This document shows positions 1-11,338 of a DNA stretch of 64,000 nt, one piece after another. The stretch lies in the NCBI RefSeq assembly GCF_009914755.1, contig NC_060937.1; one strand, written 5' to 3'. Every line of letters begins with the position of its first letter. Position 1 is the stretch's first letter. A program made the translations under genes and the position numbers. The stretch is from the human T2T-CHM13v2.0 reference genome, Homo sapiens. The notes under the pieces were generated by a model, which saw only the letters and a list, made by a program, of their open reading frames with translations, was not told the origin of the DNA and did no database searches.

Positions 1-98
1 GTAGCAAATCAACATGGTACATATATACCTATGTAAAAACCTGCATGTTGTGCACATGTACCCCAGAACTTAAAGTATAATAATAATAATAAAAAGAA
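1..98 (+). mobile_element. L1PA 3' end with A-rich tail, apparently inserted into an MST LTR
   Basis: aacctgcatgttgtgcacatgtaccccagaacttaaagtataataataataataaaaag matches the L1PA 3' terminus. Confidence 0.9.
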
Positions 99-1729
99 AT
101 TTGGAGGAAACATCCAAACATCATCATTCTACCCATAGCCCCTCAAATTTTATGTCCTTCTCACATATCAAAATACAATAATGCCTTTGCAATATGTCCC
201 CAAATCTTAACTCATTCCAGCATTAACTTAGAAGTCCCAAGTCCAGCCTCATCTGAAGATGAGTTCTTCCTACCAATTTGCCTGTGAGACCAAAATCAAA
301 TTATGCATTCCTAAGATACAATGATGGTACCAGCACTGGGTACATATTTTGATTCAAAAATGGAGAAACTGGCCAAAAGAAAGGGGCAATAGGCACCACA
401 CAAGTCTGAAACCCAATAGGACAGTCATTAAGTTTTAAAGCTCCACAGTAATTTCCTTTGACTCCATGTTCTACATGCAGGGTATAGTGGTGTGATGGGT
501 GAGCTTCCAATGCCTTGGGCAGCTCTGCCCCTGTGGCTTTGACTGATGCACCTCATGGGCCTTCTCTAATGGGTTAGAGTCCAGTGCTTGTGGCTTTTCT
601 AGGCTAAGGATGCAAGCTGCAGCTGGCTTTATATTCATGGGTGGAAGATGGCAACCCCCTTCCCACAGCTCTACTAGGCAATGCCCTGTTTAAGATTCTG
701 TATGGGGGCTTCAACCCCACATTTCCCGTTGGTTCTGCCCTAGTAGAGGCTCTCTGTGAGGACTCTGTCCCTGTGGCAGTCTTCTGATCAGGCACCCAAG
801 CTTTCCCATAACCCCCCTGAAATCTATGTGGAAGCTGCCAAGTCTCCTTTACTTTTATATTTTGTGTGCCTGCAGGCTTAACACTATGTGGAAGTCACCA
901 AGGCTTACAGTTTGCACCATCTGAAGCAGTGGCCTGAGACCCTTTGAGTCTGAGCTCCTTTCAGCTGAGGCTGGAGCCAGAGTGACAAGAATGTGGAGAG
1001 CCATGCCTTGAAGCTGTGCAGAGCAGTGGGGCACTGGGCCTGGCCCCTGAAACCATTCTTTTCTCTTAGGCTTCTGGGCCTATGAAGAGAGGGTTTGTTC
1101 TAAAGACCTCTTGAAATGGCTTTGAGGACATTTTCCCATTGTTAGTCATGCTAATCTCTCTAGCAAGTCCTTCCTCCACAGCCTTTTTGGATTCTTTCTC
1201 TACCACAGGGCCAGGCTGCAAAGTTTCAAGCTTTTATGCTCTTCCTCCTCATTAAATATGAGTTCCAAATTTAGTTGTTATTATTATTATTTTTTACTCC
1301 TGTATCATATCATAGGCTGTTAAGGGCAGTCAGGCCACATCTTGAATGTTTTGCTGCTTAGAAATTTCTGCCACCAGATACCCTAGGTCATTACTCTTAA
1401 GTTTAAACTTCCACAGATCCCTAGGGAATGAACACAATGCAGCCAGGTTATTTGCTAAGGTGTAATATGGCTGACTTTACTCCAGTTCCCAATAATATCT
1501 TCATTTCCATCTGAGATCTCATTTGCCTAGATTGCACTGTCCATATCTCTATCAGAATTTTGGTCACAACAATTGAACCCGTCTCTAAGAAGTTCCAAAA
1601 TTTCCTCATCTTTCTGTCTTCCTCTGAGCCCTCCAAATGCTTCCAACTTCTGCCTGTACCTAGTTCCAAAGAAACTTCCACATTTTCTCATACTTTTATA
1701 GCAACACTCTGCTCTAGCTACCAATTTTC
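99..1729 (-). mobile_element. MST-int (MaLR internal region) plus the first ~25 bp of the 3' LTR at ~99-125
   Basis: Minus strand begins gaaaattggtagctagagcagagtgttgctataaaag...aaaatgtggaag as in MST/THE1-int; left end atttggaggaaacatccaaacatcatca is the reverse complement of an MST LTR start. Confidence 0.9.
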
Positions 1730-2135
1730 TGTGCTAAGCTGTATTGTGTTGCTATAAAGAGATACCTGAGGCTTGGTAATTTATAAAGGGAAGAGGTTTA
1801 TTTGATTTATGGTTCTGCAGGCTGTACAGAAAGCATGACACCAACATTTACTCAGATTCTGAGAAGGGCCTTAGGAAGCTTACAATCATGGCAGAAGGTA
1901 AAGTGAAAAGCCATATTGTCAAATAATGAGAGTGGGAATGAGAGAGATGATGGCCCTAGACTTTCAAACCAGAGGATCTCACATGAACTGAGGGAGAATG
2001 CACTTATCACCAAGGAGATAGGGCTAACCAATTCACGAGGGAGCCACCTACATGATCCAATCACCTCTCACCAGGCCCCACCTTCAACACTGGTAATTAC
2101 ATTTCGACATGAGATTTGGAGGGCCTATTATATCA
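1730..2135 (-). mobile_element. MST-family (MSTB-like) MaLR 5' LTR
   Basis: gctataaagagatacctgag...ggaagcttacaatcatggcagaagg...caccaggccccaccttcaacact...gagatttggaggg...tatca. Confidence 0.88.
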
Positions 2136-2505
2136 TGTACGATGGCCTAAAGTTACACCATGTTTGAGACAGCACACTAACTTCATGTTTATCAACAGCC
2201 CTCACTGGATCTACTTGTAACATACTGGCCCTAGAACTCAAACTTAAATCACAAGAACTTTCTTTTCCAAGATTACAATTCAGATTGAGAGCATAGATAA
2301 AGCTGGCCACAGAGTGGGGGATACTATGCTAATATCTTATTACAACCTTTAATCATCCTAATTACAAATAATACCAAACAGAAGTAAACAGAACAAAGAT
2401 TTCAAGTGCCATCTTAGAGCAGTTGCCCCGATTTAAGATTTTGAAACCACAACTTTGTCAATATAGTGATTCTCCTTCCATGACTTTTTCCCTACACTTG
2501 TTTCC

Positions 2506-2837
<332 letters not shown>

Positions 2838-3044
2838 TAATATTAACAGGAAAAGAGTCAAACTAAAGTTACCTGCTGGATAAGTCAGATGGTGAATTAC
2901 TGCTAATGGACTTTGTCATTAGTATAATGGATCTGGATGATTGTTATGATACTAATAAGTAAGGCATCTTTTGCCCAGGCTTTGTTTGTCTTTTAAATAT
3001 CCATTCACTGAGCATGGGTAACAAAAGTCTCACCCATCCAGACA

Positions 3045-3090
3045 CCACCACTAAGTAAATACCCCTAAGTAAAATACCACTAAGTAAACT
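3045..3090. repeat. Short imperfect tandem repeat, ~15 bp x3 (accactaagtaaa core)
   Basis: accaccactaagtaaat / acccctaagtaaaat / accactaagtaaact. Confidence 0.8.
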
Positions 3091-3194
3091 TATGAATAAC
3101 CTTCATTATGTGTGAAATCACCTGTGTGTGTGTCTATATTGGAAGGAAAAGTGGGAGTCTTCCTTGCACAGGAATGTTGTCTTCCATATTTAGT

Positions 3195-3252
3195 GCATGT
3201 TGAGTTCCCGACCGCCCCAATAAAGTGAATATTGCAATAAAGCAAGTCACAT
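3195..3252 (-). mobile_element. Tigger1-like DNA transposon terminal fragment
   Basis: gttcccgaccgccccaataaagtgaatattgcaataaagcaagtcaca resembles the Tigger1 end (gttccagaccaccgcaataaagcgaatatcgcaataaagcgagtcaca). Confidence 0.7.
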
Positions 3253-3686
3253 TAAAAAAAAGTTTAAAAACTGAATGTTCAGTAGAGTTCTGATTACTCT
3301 ATAGAAATGGAAAAGAAAATAGCCTTGTAATTACTTTTCTTGTTATTTCAAATCATAAGTGATGATTTTGGTAACACTTTTGAAAGTTAAACGTATAGCA
3401 ACAAAAAAAGACACCTGAATAAAATTATAACAATGTTGTTTTGCTGTAATTCATCTGAAAATATGATGAACCATATGTTGCTATCTAACCTATCCAGAGA
3501 TTTTTACATTTTTATTCATACATTTTTTGAAATGCCCCCACAGATTTCTCACATAATGAAAAATTCTTCAACATGTTATCCAATAAAGGATATTGATAAG
3601 TGTGAAGAACAGAGTTCTGCCAGATCAGGTGTCAATTTAATCTGTTTTTCTTTATTGCATCTTGTCATGGATCCTAGCTAATAGAA

Positions 3687-3811
3687 ATATATATATATAT
3701 AATATATATTATATATAATATATATATAATATATATATATATAAAATATATATATATAATATATATATAATATATATATATAAAATATATATATATAATA
3801 TATATATATAT
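3687..3811. repeat. Interrupted (TA)n microsatellite
   Basis: ~125 bp of pure A/T alternation with aa/tt interruptions. Confidence 0.97.
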
Positions 3812-4398
3812 GAAAATGTAACCTTTACCTTACTAATGAAAAAGTGTTCAGATATACAAGTAATTTAGACTCAGAAAATTACACATAAATTCCTCCTCTG
3901 GTGCTAGTTAAATATACAGATTTGGTCAAGGCTCTGCTCTACCTTAATTTAAAAAAAATTGAAAACAGGTTGTTCAGATGACAAAATGTACATGAAAGGC
4001 TGAATGTGTCACATAGATTAGGTTTTCGAATTGATTTATGTTTACAACAAAACATAAAAAAACTAACTAAAAATTATAAGGACATCCTAATATTAGTATT
4101 TAGGGGCAAAGGTGTTGAAAAATGTGAAAAATTACATTATATGACAGAAATTCAGACTCTCCAGGCTACTAAAGTATCTCTCCATTTTTCAATGCATCTA
4201 TTTTTCAGCCTGTTGAGTTTAAACCTCCCATTATCTTTAATTTACGACTTATATTACAGAGAAAATAGTCTTCAGGTATTTTTCTTTCTTTTTAGCTTAC
4301 AAATCCATTCACAGATCTTTATTTTGATGCCTGTTTAGTTTAGGCAACCACTGAAATTCATAAAACAGTCTGCTGATTGGGGCTCCTGCCTCCAGTCT

Positions 4399-4708
4399 GA
4401 AGGAGCACAGGAAATTTCACCCTAAAATAAGGCTCCTTGGCATATTGAGTATTTTGAATTAAAAACTCTTAGAGATCCACAGGGCTTGAAAAAGACTTTT
4501 CCCCTATCTACATAAAGACCAGACGAATCTACAAAGGCACAGGCATTTGGATGCCACTGGGATATTGGGTGATCACTCTGTAATTTTCCCTGTGTACATG
4601 ATTAAATAAGTTTGTATGCTTTTTCTCTTATGAATTTGCCTTATTGGACTTGATTTTTTCAGTGAACCCACCAAAGGTAAAAAGGAAGTTTTCCCTTTGC
4701 CCCAACAA
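4399..4708 (+). mobile_element. ERV1-class solo LTR (LTR37/MER31-like), internally deleted
   Basis: TG start tgaagg...caccctaaaataaggctccttggcatattgagtattttga; end cagtgaacc...aaggaagttttccctttgccccaaca. Confidence 0.65.
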
Positions 4709-4754
4709 GTCTGTTGTCTCTAAATCCCACCTCCCTAAAATCCAATCTTTGCTC

Positions 4755-5265
4755 TTTGACCAGAGTGGTAGTTTAAAATGAAAACCTAATACTATAATTC
4801 CCCTTCATAAAACCTTTAATAGTCCTCCACGGCCCTACAAATACAATCTAATCCCTTAGCATAAAGTACAATCTCCCATTATAAATTGTCCCTTACTCTT
4901 CATCTATCACCACCTTCTCTTTTCTTATGCAATATATTCAACTAATGTGTATTAGCTAGAATGATTTATTTCTTTTTTCTCCTTCTCATTCCAGTGTCTA
5001 TTTATCCCTTTCACTCCATTTCATCCTCTTAACTCATACTTCTTCCTGGAGTGTTGGCCTAAACATTTCTTCATTTTCAATTCTGGGTTCAGTGTCCTTC
5101 TTGTGTATTATCACAGCATCGCCTATCCCACTAGAACATGTACTATATTTCCATGGCTTATCTCCCTTTTTCTATCCTCCAAAAGACAATAGAGGTTTTG
5201 AAGGAAGACACGGAATTTGATTCACATTTGGAGCTCAATTAATATTTGTTTAATTGATAATGAAT
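4755..5265 (+). mobile_element. L2 3' fragment
   Basis: ccagagtggtagtttaaaatgaaaacct...cccttagc and terminal ctcaattaatatttgtttaattgataatgaat. Confidence 0.6.
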
Positions 5266-5350
5266 TTGGGTTACACAGAAATTTGTGCTCAGGAAGTATT
5301 GTCCTTTCAGTCCTTATGGAAAATCTACTAGTACAGAATCTTATTCCAAA

Positions 5351-5499
5351 TAAGTTTAAGATGGTTTCTATTTGTTTTTTTCACAAAATAGGAAAGACTT
5401 ACTGATGATTTTTTCAAGATATGTTTAAGTTTAAGATGGTTTCATTTGTTTTTTCACAAAATAGGAAAGACTTACTGATGACTTTTTCAAGATATGTTT
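5351..5499. repeat. Tandem duplication, ~74 bp x2
   Basis: aagtttaagatggtttc...ggaaagacttactgatga.tttttcaagatatgttt occurs twice back to back. Confidence 0.95.
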
Positions 5500-7687
5500 C
5501 TTGCAGAAATATCAAATGCCTTACCGTTTGTATGACAACTCAATTTAGCGCTGAAATTGCTGTTGAGCAGAGCCAAACTTTAAATCCAATAAAAGTATAA
5601 AAATGTTGACATATCAATTCCTTATGCACTCACACATAGAACAAGGAAAATGGACTGCTTGGAAAAATAACAATTGCCTGAGATAGTCCAGTAGATCCAA
5701 TTTTAATGAGTTAATGTCAATAAGCACACTACAGGAAAACTGGCTCATTGTAACTACTTCATACCACTGGGATAACTTTACAAAAGTTTGAACTAGCTGT
5801 TGCAAAGCAAATTTTATTAGATTCTTTACCTCTTTAAGAGTATAATTAATTTGGTTTTGTAATTTCTCTTTGAATAAAAGGCTCTAAAATTCTTTAACGA
5901 TTTGCTTTTTGATAAATTTCAGAATAAAACTTATACATGTTTCAATATATGTAAATGTATATGCATGTGTATATATGTTAAAATATGGGTATGCAGTGTA
6001 TATGCATACATCAGAAAAATTAATTTTTAAAATTAATATGAAAGTTATTAGGTGATATCTTAATAATCTGACAGTAAACTAAGTTTCTCAAAAAAAGAAG
6101 CTGACAAACAGGTAAAATATAAATTGTTGAGAACAGACATTAAACTTTTCACCTATTTGACAGGTGACACAAAAAGTACAAAATTTAAAACTTATAATTG
6201 CATCAATTAGGATAAAATGTCAGAGCAAGAAGTGGAAAACATAACCAATAGTGACTTAAATATATAGGAGTAGTTTACCACCAACCTGCCAAAAAGAAAT
6301 TCAAAGGAAGATGATTCCTTAAATTAGTTCTCCAGTTTAACAAAGTCAGAATCAGTGATTTCCTTTCCTTCATAATAACATGATCTTATCAAGCATCAGA
6401 TTACACATTCATCTTAAGCATCAGAATAAAATGGTGAGAATTTAGCCAAGGCTAAACATTTTAATTGAGAAAGTGAAATCTGTCAGAGAGCAACCAGACG
6501 TCCTCACACATCTCATTAATGCGAGTTGTTTCTCAGGTCACAACTAGCTGAAAAGGAGACAAAGAAAGTAAGCATTTCCATTTCCGAGCTTGTATAAAAA
6601 AGATAGGCAAGGGAAAAGGTAGAGCAAATAGATGATGCTTTATCCATCATTGTATGATTGAATGGTTGCAAATTTTATACTCCACTTAGTAATATCTCAC
6701 TTCCATAAAAGGGAACTTATCTGGTTCACAAAAGCAAGGAAGGAAATGTGAACACCATTTAAGTCTTTCTCAACATTGCCTATTGTGTACTCTTCACGAA
6801 GGAACATGTGTTTCATGCTATTTTTCTGAAATACTGCACTAAAACCTTGGTAAGGATTATGTTCTCTACTAAAGTCATGCTTGACCTTATCAGTGTGAAA
6901 GTTTTTTTTTTGACCCAGAAAACTTACTTTTTTTACTTTTTCAAGACAATGTCTTTAAACTTTCAGCACAATTGCAATAGTTTAACCCTCATTATTCTCA
7001 CTCATATTTTACTTGATGGAATATGTTAAAATATCTTGGTGAGAAGAACTGCAAAACACTGCTGGAAAAAATCATAGATGACAGAAACAAATGGAATAGA
7101 ATGAATCAATATTGTTAAAATGGCCATACTGCCTAAAGTAATCTACAGATTCAATGATATTCCTATGCAACTACCAATATCGCTCTTCAAAGAATTAGAA
7201 AAACCTATTCTAAAATTCATATGGAACCAAAAAAGAACCCAAATAACCAAAGAAATCCTAAGCAAAAAGAACAAAGCCAGAGGCATTGCACTATTCGACT
7301 TCAGACTATGCTCTAAGGCTACAGTAACCAAGACAACAGAGTACTTGTAGAAAAAAAGACAAATAGACCATTGGAACAGAATAGAGAATATAGAAATAAA
7401 GCCACACACGTACAGCCATCTGATCTTCAATGAAGTTGACAAAATAAGCAGTACAGAAAGGACTCCCTTTTCAATAAATGGTGTTTGAATAGCTGGCTAG
7501 CCATACACAGAGGAATAAAAGTTGACCCCTATCTTTCACCATATACAAAAAATTTACTCAAGATGGATTAAAAATTTAAATGTAAGACTTCAAACTATCA
7601 AAATCCTAGAAGAAAACCTAAAAAATACCATTCTGAACATTGGCCTTGGGAAGGACTTTATCCCTAAGTCCTCAAAAGCAATTGCAA

Positions 7688-7690
7688 AAA

Positions 7691-7733
<43 letters not shown>

Positions 7734-7735
7734 AA
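7688..7735 (+). repeat. (TAAA)n microsatellite, ~11 units
   Basis: Direct reading. Confidence 0.95.
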
Positions 7736-7945
7736 CAAACTAGGAAAAGTAGAACCCAATTAAACTAAAGAGCTTCTGCACAGCAAAAGAAACTATCAAC
7801 TGAGTAAACAGACAAACTACAGAATGAGAGAAAATATTTGCAAACTATGCATCTGTCAGAGGTCAAACATCCAGAATCTATAAGAAACTTTAACAATGCA
7901 ATGAGCAAAAGCACATGAACAGACATGTCTCAAAAGAGGACATAC

Positions 7946-8295
7946 TAATAAGGTTTGGCTGTGTCCCCACCCAGATGTCATCCTGAACTCCCACATATTG
8001 TGAGAGGGACCCAATGGGAGGTAATTGAATCATGGGGGGAAATCTTTCCTGTGCTGTTCTCATGATAAATCTCACAAGATCTGATGGTTTTAAAAAAAGA
8101 AGTTCCCCTGCACAAACCCTCTCTCTTTGCCTGCTGCCATCCTTGTAAGATGTGACTTGCTCCTCCTTGCCTTCCACCATAATTGTGAGGCTTCCCCAGC
8201 CACATGGAGCTGTAAGTCCAATTAAACCTCTTTCTTTTGTAAATTGCCCAGTCTCAGGTATGCCTTTATCATCAGTGTGAAAACGGATTAATACA
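7946..8295 (+). mobile_element. THE1 solo LTR (THE1B/C-like) inserted in L1
   Basis: ggtttggctgtgtccccacccagat...attaaacctctttc...aaaacggattaataca; 5-bp TSD catac/catgc. Confidence 0.93.
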
Positions 8296-8368
8296 CATGC
8301 AAAGAACCAAAAACTTGAAAAAATGTTCAACATTGTTAATAATCAGAGAAATGCAGATCAAAACCACA

Positions 8369-8488
8369 ACACCATATCATCCCACACCCATAACACCATA
8401 TCATCTCACACCCATAACACCATATCATCTCACACCCATAACACCATATCATCTCACACCCATAACACCATATCATCTCACACCCATC
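8369..8488 (+). repeat. 24-bp minisatellite x5 (acaccatatcatctcacacccata)
   Basis: Five near-identical units; translates as (TPYHLTPI)x5. Confidence 0.97.
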
Positions 8489-10644
8489 AGAATGGTTATT
8501 ATTTAAAAAGTCAAATAATAACAGATGTTGGCAAGGCTGCAGAGAAAAGGGAATGGTTAAACACTGTTGGTTGGAATGTAAATTAGTTCAGCTACTATGA
8601 AAAGCAGTGTGGAGATTTCCCAAAAAAAATTGAAACAGAATTGCCATTTGGCCCAGCAATCCTGTTACTGGGTATATACCTAAAGGAAAATAAATCGTTC
8701 TACCAAAAAGACACATGTACTCATATGTTCATAGCAGTACTATTCACAATAGCATTGACATAGAATCAACCCAAGTGCCTATAAACAGTGGACCAGACAA
8801 GGAAAAAGTGGCACATATACACCATGGAACACCACACAGCCATAAAAAAAGAATGAAATTATGCCTTTTGAAGCAACAAAAATATATATAACCAGGGAAG
8901 CCCTTGCTCCTACCTTGTTATGATTGTAAACTGTTAGGCCAAACTGTCATTCACTGCTAGTGTAGTTTTTCTGTTTAGGGGTCGACCCTGTAGCCCTTCT
9001 TTAGCATGATGGAGAAATTGAAATGCAAACACTTTGGCACAGATGTAGGATATAGTAAGTCAGAGGAAAATTAACTACATCAACAATCATTGCTGGGAAA
9101 GCAATAGCACATCCATGATATATCAAGGACCTCAGATTCAAACCTTGCAGTTGCCCAGGATTGATTGTTTAAATGGCTGGGCAAGAATTTGTTGCAGCAG
9201 AATATTGCAGAAGGCAAATCTTATTTTGAAAGATTAGGCTGCAGGGGATAAGCTAATATGGGAGAAAATAATAAAACAATGTAAATGTAATATCTTACAA
9301 TGTCAGTTTTTTTTAAAAAAAATACTTATAACAGGTTTTAATTATATATGCTAATTCTGAATCCTGGTAAGAATGAGTTCATGTGTTAGAGTTGCTCAAA
9401 ATTTCATACTCTCTGACAAAGATTTTTAAGATATATTGCAAAAATGTATAAAAATTGTATTGCTGGATCTTGTGAAAGTTGGAAGCTTGTATAATGTAGA
9501 GATGAAATAGCTCTTATGCTATACTGAGAAAGTTTAAATGAGAAAAGAAAATTAACATTTTCTTATATGACATTAGTTTAGAATTAATTCGTCTCTCCTG
9601 AAAAATATATTTTGAACTATGCTATAATATTTATATCACAATTATTAAGATTTGTTATAATGTTATAAAACAATTGTTGTTCTGTAATTTAACTAGGTCC
9701 TAATAATGTTTTTGTCATTCTTAATTTTAATCTCCAATTATACCTTTAACTTTTAACAAAATATATATAATTAAGTCTCTTTTTACATACACTTTTCAAG
9801 CAGCAGTATATTTCAGTGACATTCCCTGAAGGAACATAATTTTTAGTATCACAGCATAAATCAAAACTGCCATGAAAGAGGCACTGGTCATTACCTCATG
9901 TATTTAATAACTGCAGGAGGAAAGAAGATATGTGATTACAATTTTTCGTTCAAGGGAAAATAGCTTTTATTTTTTTCACAAATAGCTACTTTCTTTTTGA
10001 AACACTGAAAACCTTATTGTGGTGTCTTATTAACTCTTATGTCCTTGGAAATTTCTTCCCATGAACAACTGGGTATAATTAGGAATGAAAGGATGAAAGC
10101 ATTGTTTATGAAAATGAAAACATTTACCTCTACAGAAAATATCTAAACAAATCATAAGACAGCAATCTCCTTGTTTACCACCCTGAGTAAAGGAGAGCAG
10201 AGATTTCACAGGCTACCCTGATGTCATACCAGGATGAGTAAGCCTTGTCCTCAAGCCATTAGGCTTGATGCCCACTGTCGTGAAAGAATTGAGGAAGGGA
10301 ATCCACCATGCTCCCTTCCTTGCTGTTATGAAAGAGGAATTCACCCTTTCACTACCTAAAGTCATGCCCTCCATCTGCTCTTTGGATTCTGTTGTTTACC
10401 TGCTGCCTAGAGAACTTGTCAATCATATTTTTCTTTCCTATACATTCTATCAGTCTTGCTATAATGTTATCTGTCACATTAACTTCCACATAGGCTCATG
10501 TTTCTTCCATTTGATGATAAAAATAAAAGTAAAACCACACCTTCAAACACAAGGTTTTTTAAGTTTCCACTCCTAAGTCATCCTATTTCTCATTTCTGCT
10601 TCATGACTCTACTTTTTTAAAGAGTTGTCTAAAAGCTCTTTTTC

Positions 10645-11019
10645 TTTTTATTTATTTATTTATTTATTTTTAATTTTATTTTCTTATTATACTTTAAGTT
10701 TCAGGGTACATGTGCACAATGTGCAGGTTTGTTGCATATGTATAGATGTGCCATGTTGGTGTGCTGCACCCATTAACTCGTCATTTAGCATTAGGTATAT
10801 CTCCCAATGCTATCCCTCCCCCGTCCCCCATCCCACAACAGTCCCCAGTGTGTGATGTTCCCCTTCCTGTGTCCATGTGTTCTCATCGTTCAATTCCCAC
10901 CTATGAGTGAGAACATGCGGTGTTTGGTTTTTTGTCCTTGCAACAGTTTGCTGAGAATGATGGTTTCCAGCTTCATCCATGTCCCTACAAAGGACATGAA
11001 CTCATCATTTTTTATGGCA
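10645..11019 (-). mobile_element. Young 5'-truncated L1PA (PA2-4-like) 3' UTR
   Basis: ttattatactttaagtttcagggtacatgtgcacaatgtgcagg...catttagcattaggtatatctcccaatgctatccc; perfect 15-bp TSD taaaagctctttttc at 10630-10644 and 11020-11034. Confidence 0.95.
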
Positions 11020-11199
11020 TAAAAGCTCTTTTTCCATATCCTCTCCTCCAAGGCTACATAGGCTTTCCAGTCAGTAGCTGCAGTGTGCCATGCTTCCTCA
11101 CACCACAGGATTTATTGTCTTCACTAATTATTTCCTCTGTAATACTTTCCATTGCACATTTACTATTGATGCTTCACCTAGTTAGGTGCTGCTCATATT

Positions 11200-11338
11200 A
11201 TTTTTATTATTATTATTTTATCAGAGATGGGGTCTTGCTATGTTGCCCAGACTAGACTCAAATTCCTGTGTTCGGGTGATCATCACGCCTCAGCCTTCTA
11301 AGTAGCTTTGACTACAGATATGTGCCACCCTGCCCAGC
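11200..11338 (-). mobile_element. Free Alu monomer (FLAM-like)
   Basis: gagatggggtcttgctatgttgcccagactagactcaaattcctg...gtgccaccctgcccagc; single arm. Confidence 0.85.

Larger units (their letters stand above)
7035..8880 (+). mobile_element. L1 (L1PB/old L1PA-like) ORF2 3' portion, interrupted by THE1, (TAAA)n and a 24-bp VNTR
   Basis: ORF 7120-7350 [12 protein letters not shown]...KFIWNQKR...LSKKNKA is L1 ORF2; 8297 ORF contains LIIREMQIKTT...YHLTP.RM; many stops and deletions. Confidence 0.95.

Noticed and set aside
8369-8488. CRISPR-like array or repeat-protein gene
   Set aside because: Units are contiguous with no spacers, there are no cas genes, and the unit derives from a dead L1 ORF2 in primate DNA
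7035-8880. Functional L1 ORF2
   Set aside because: Truncated, with stops, deletions and a THE1 insertion
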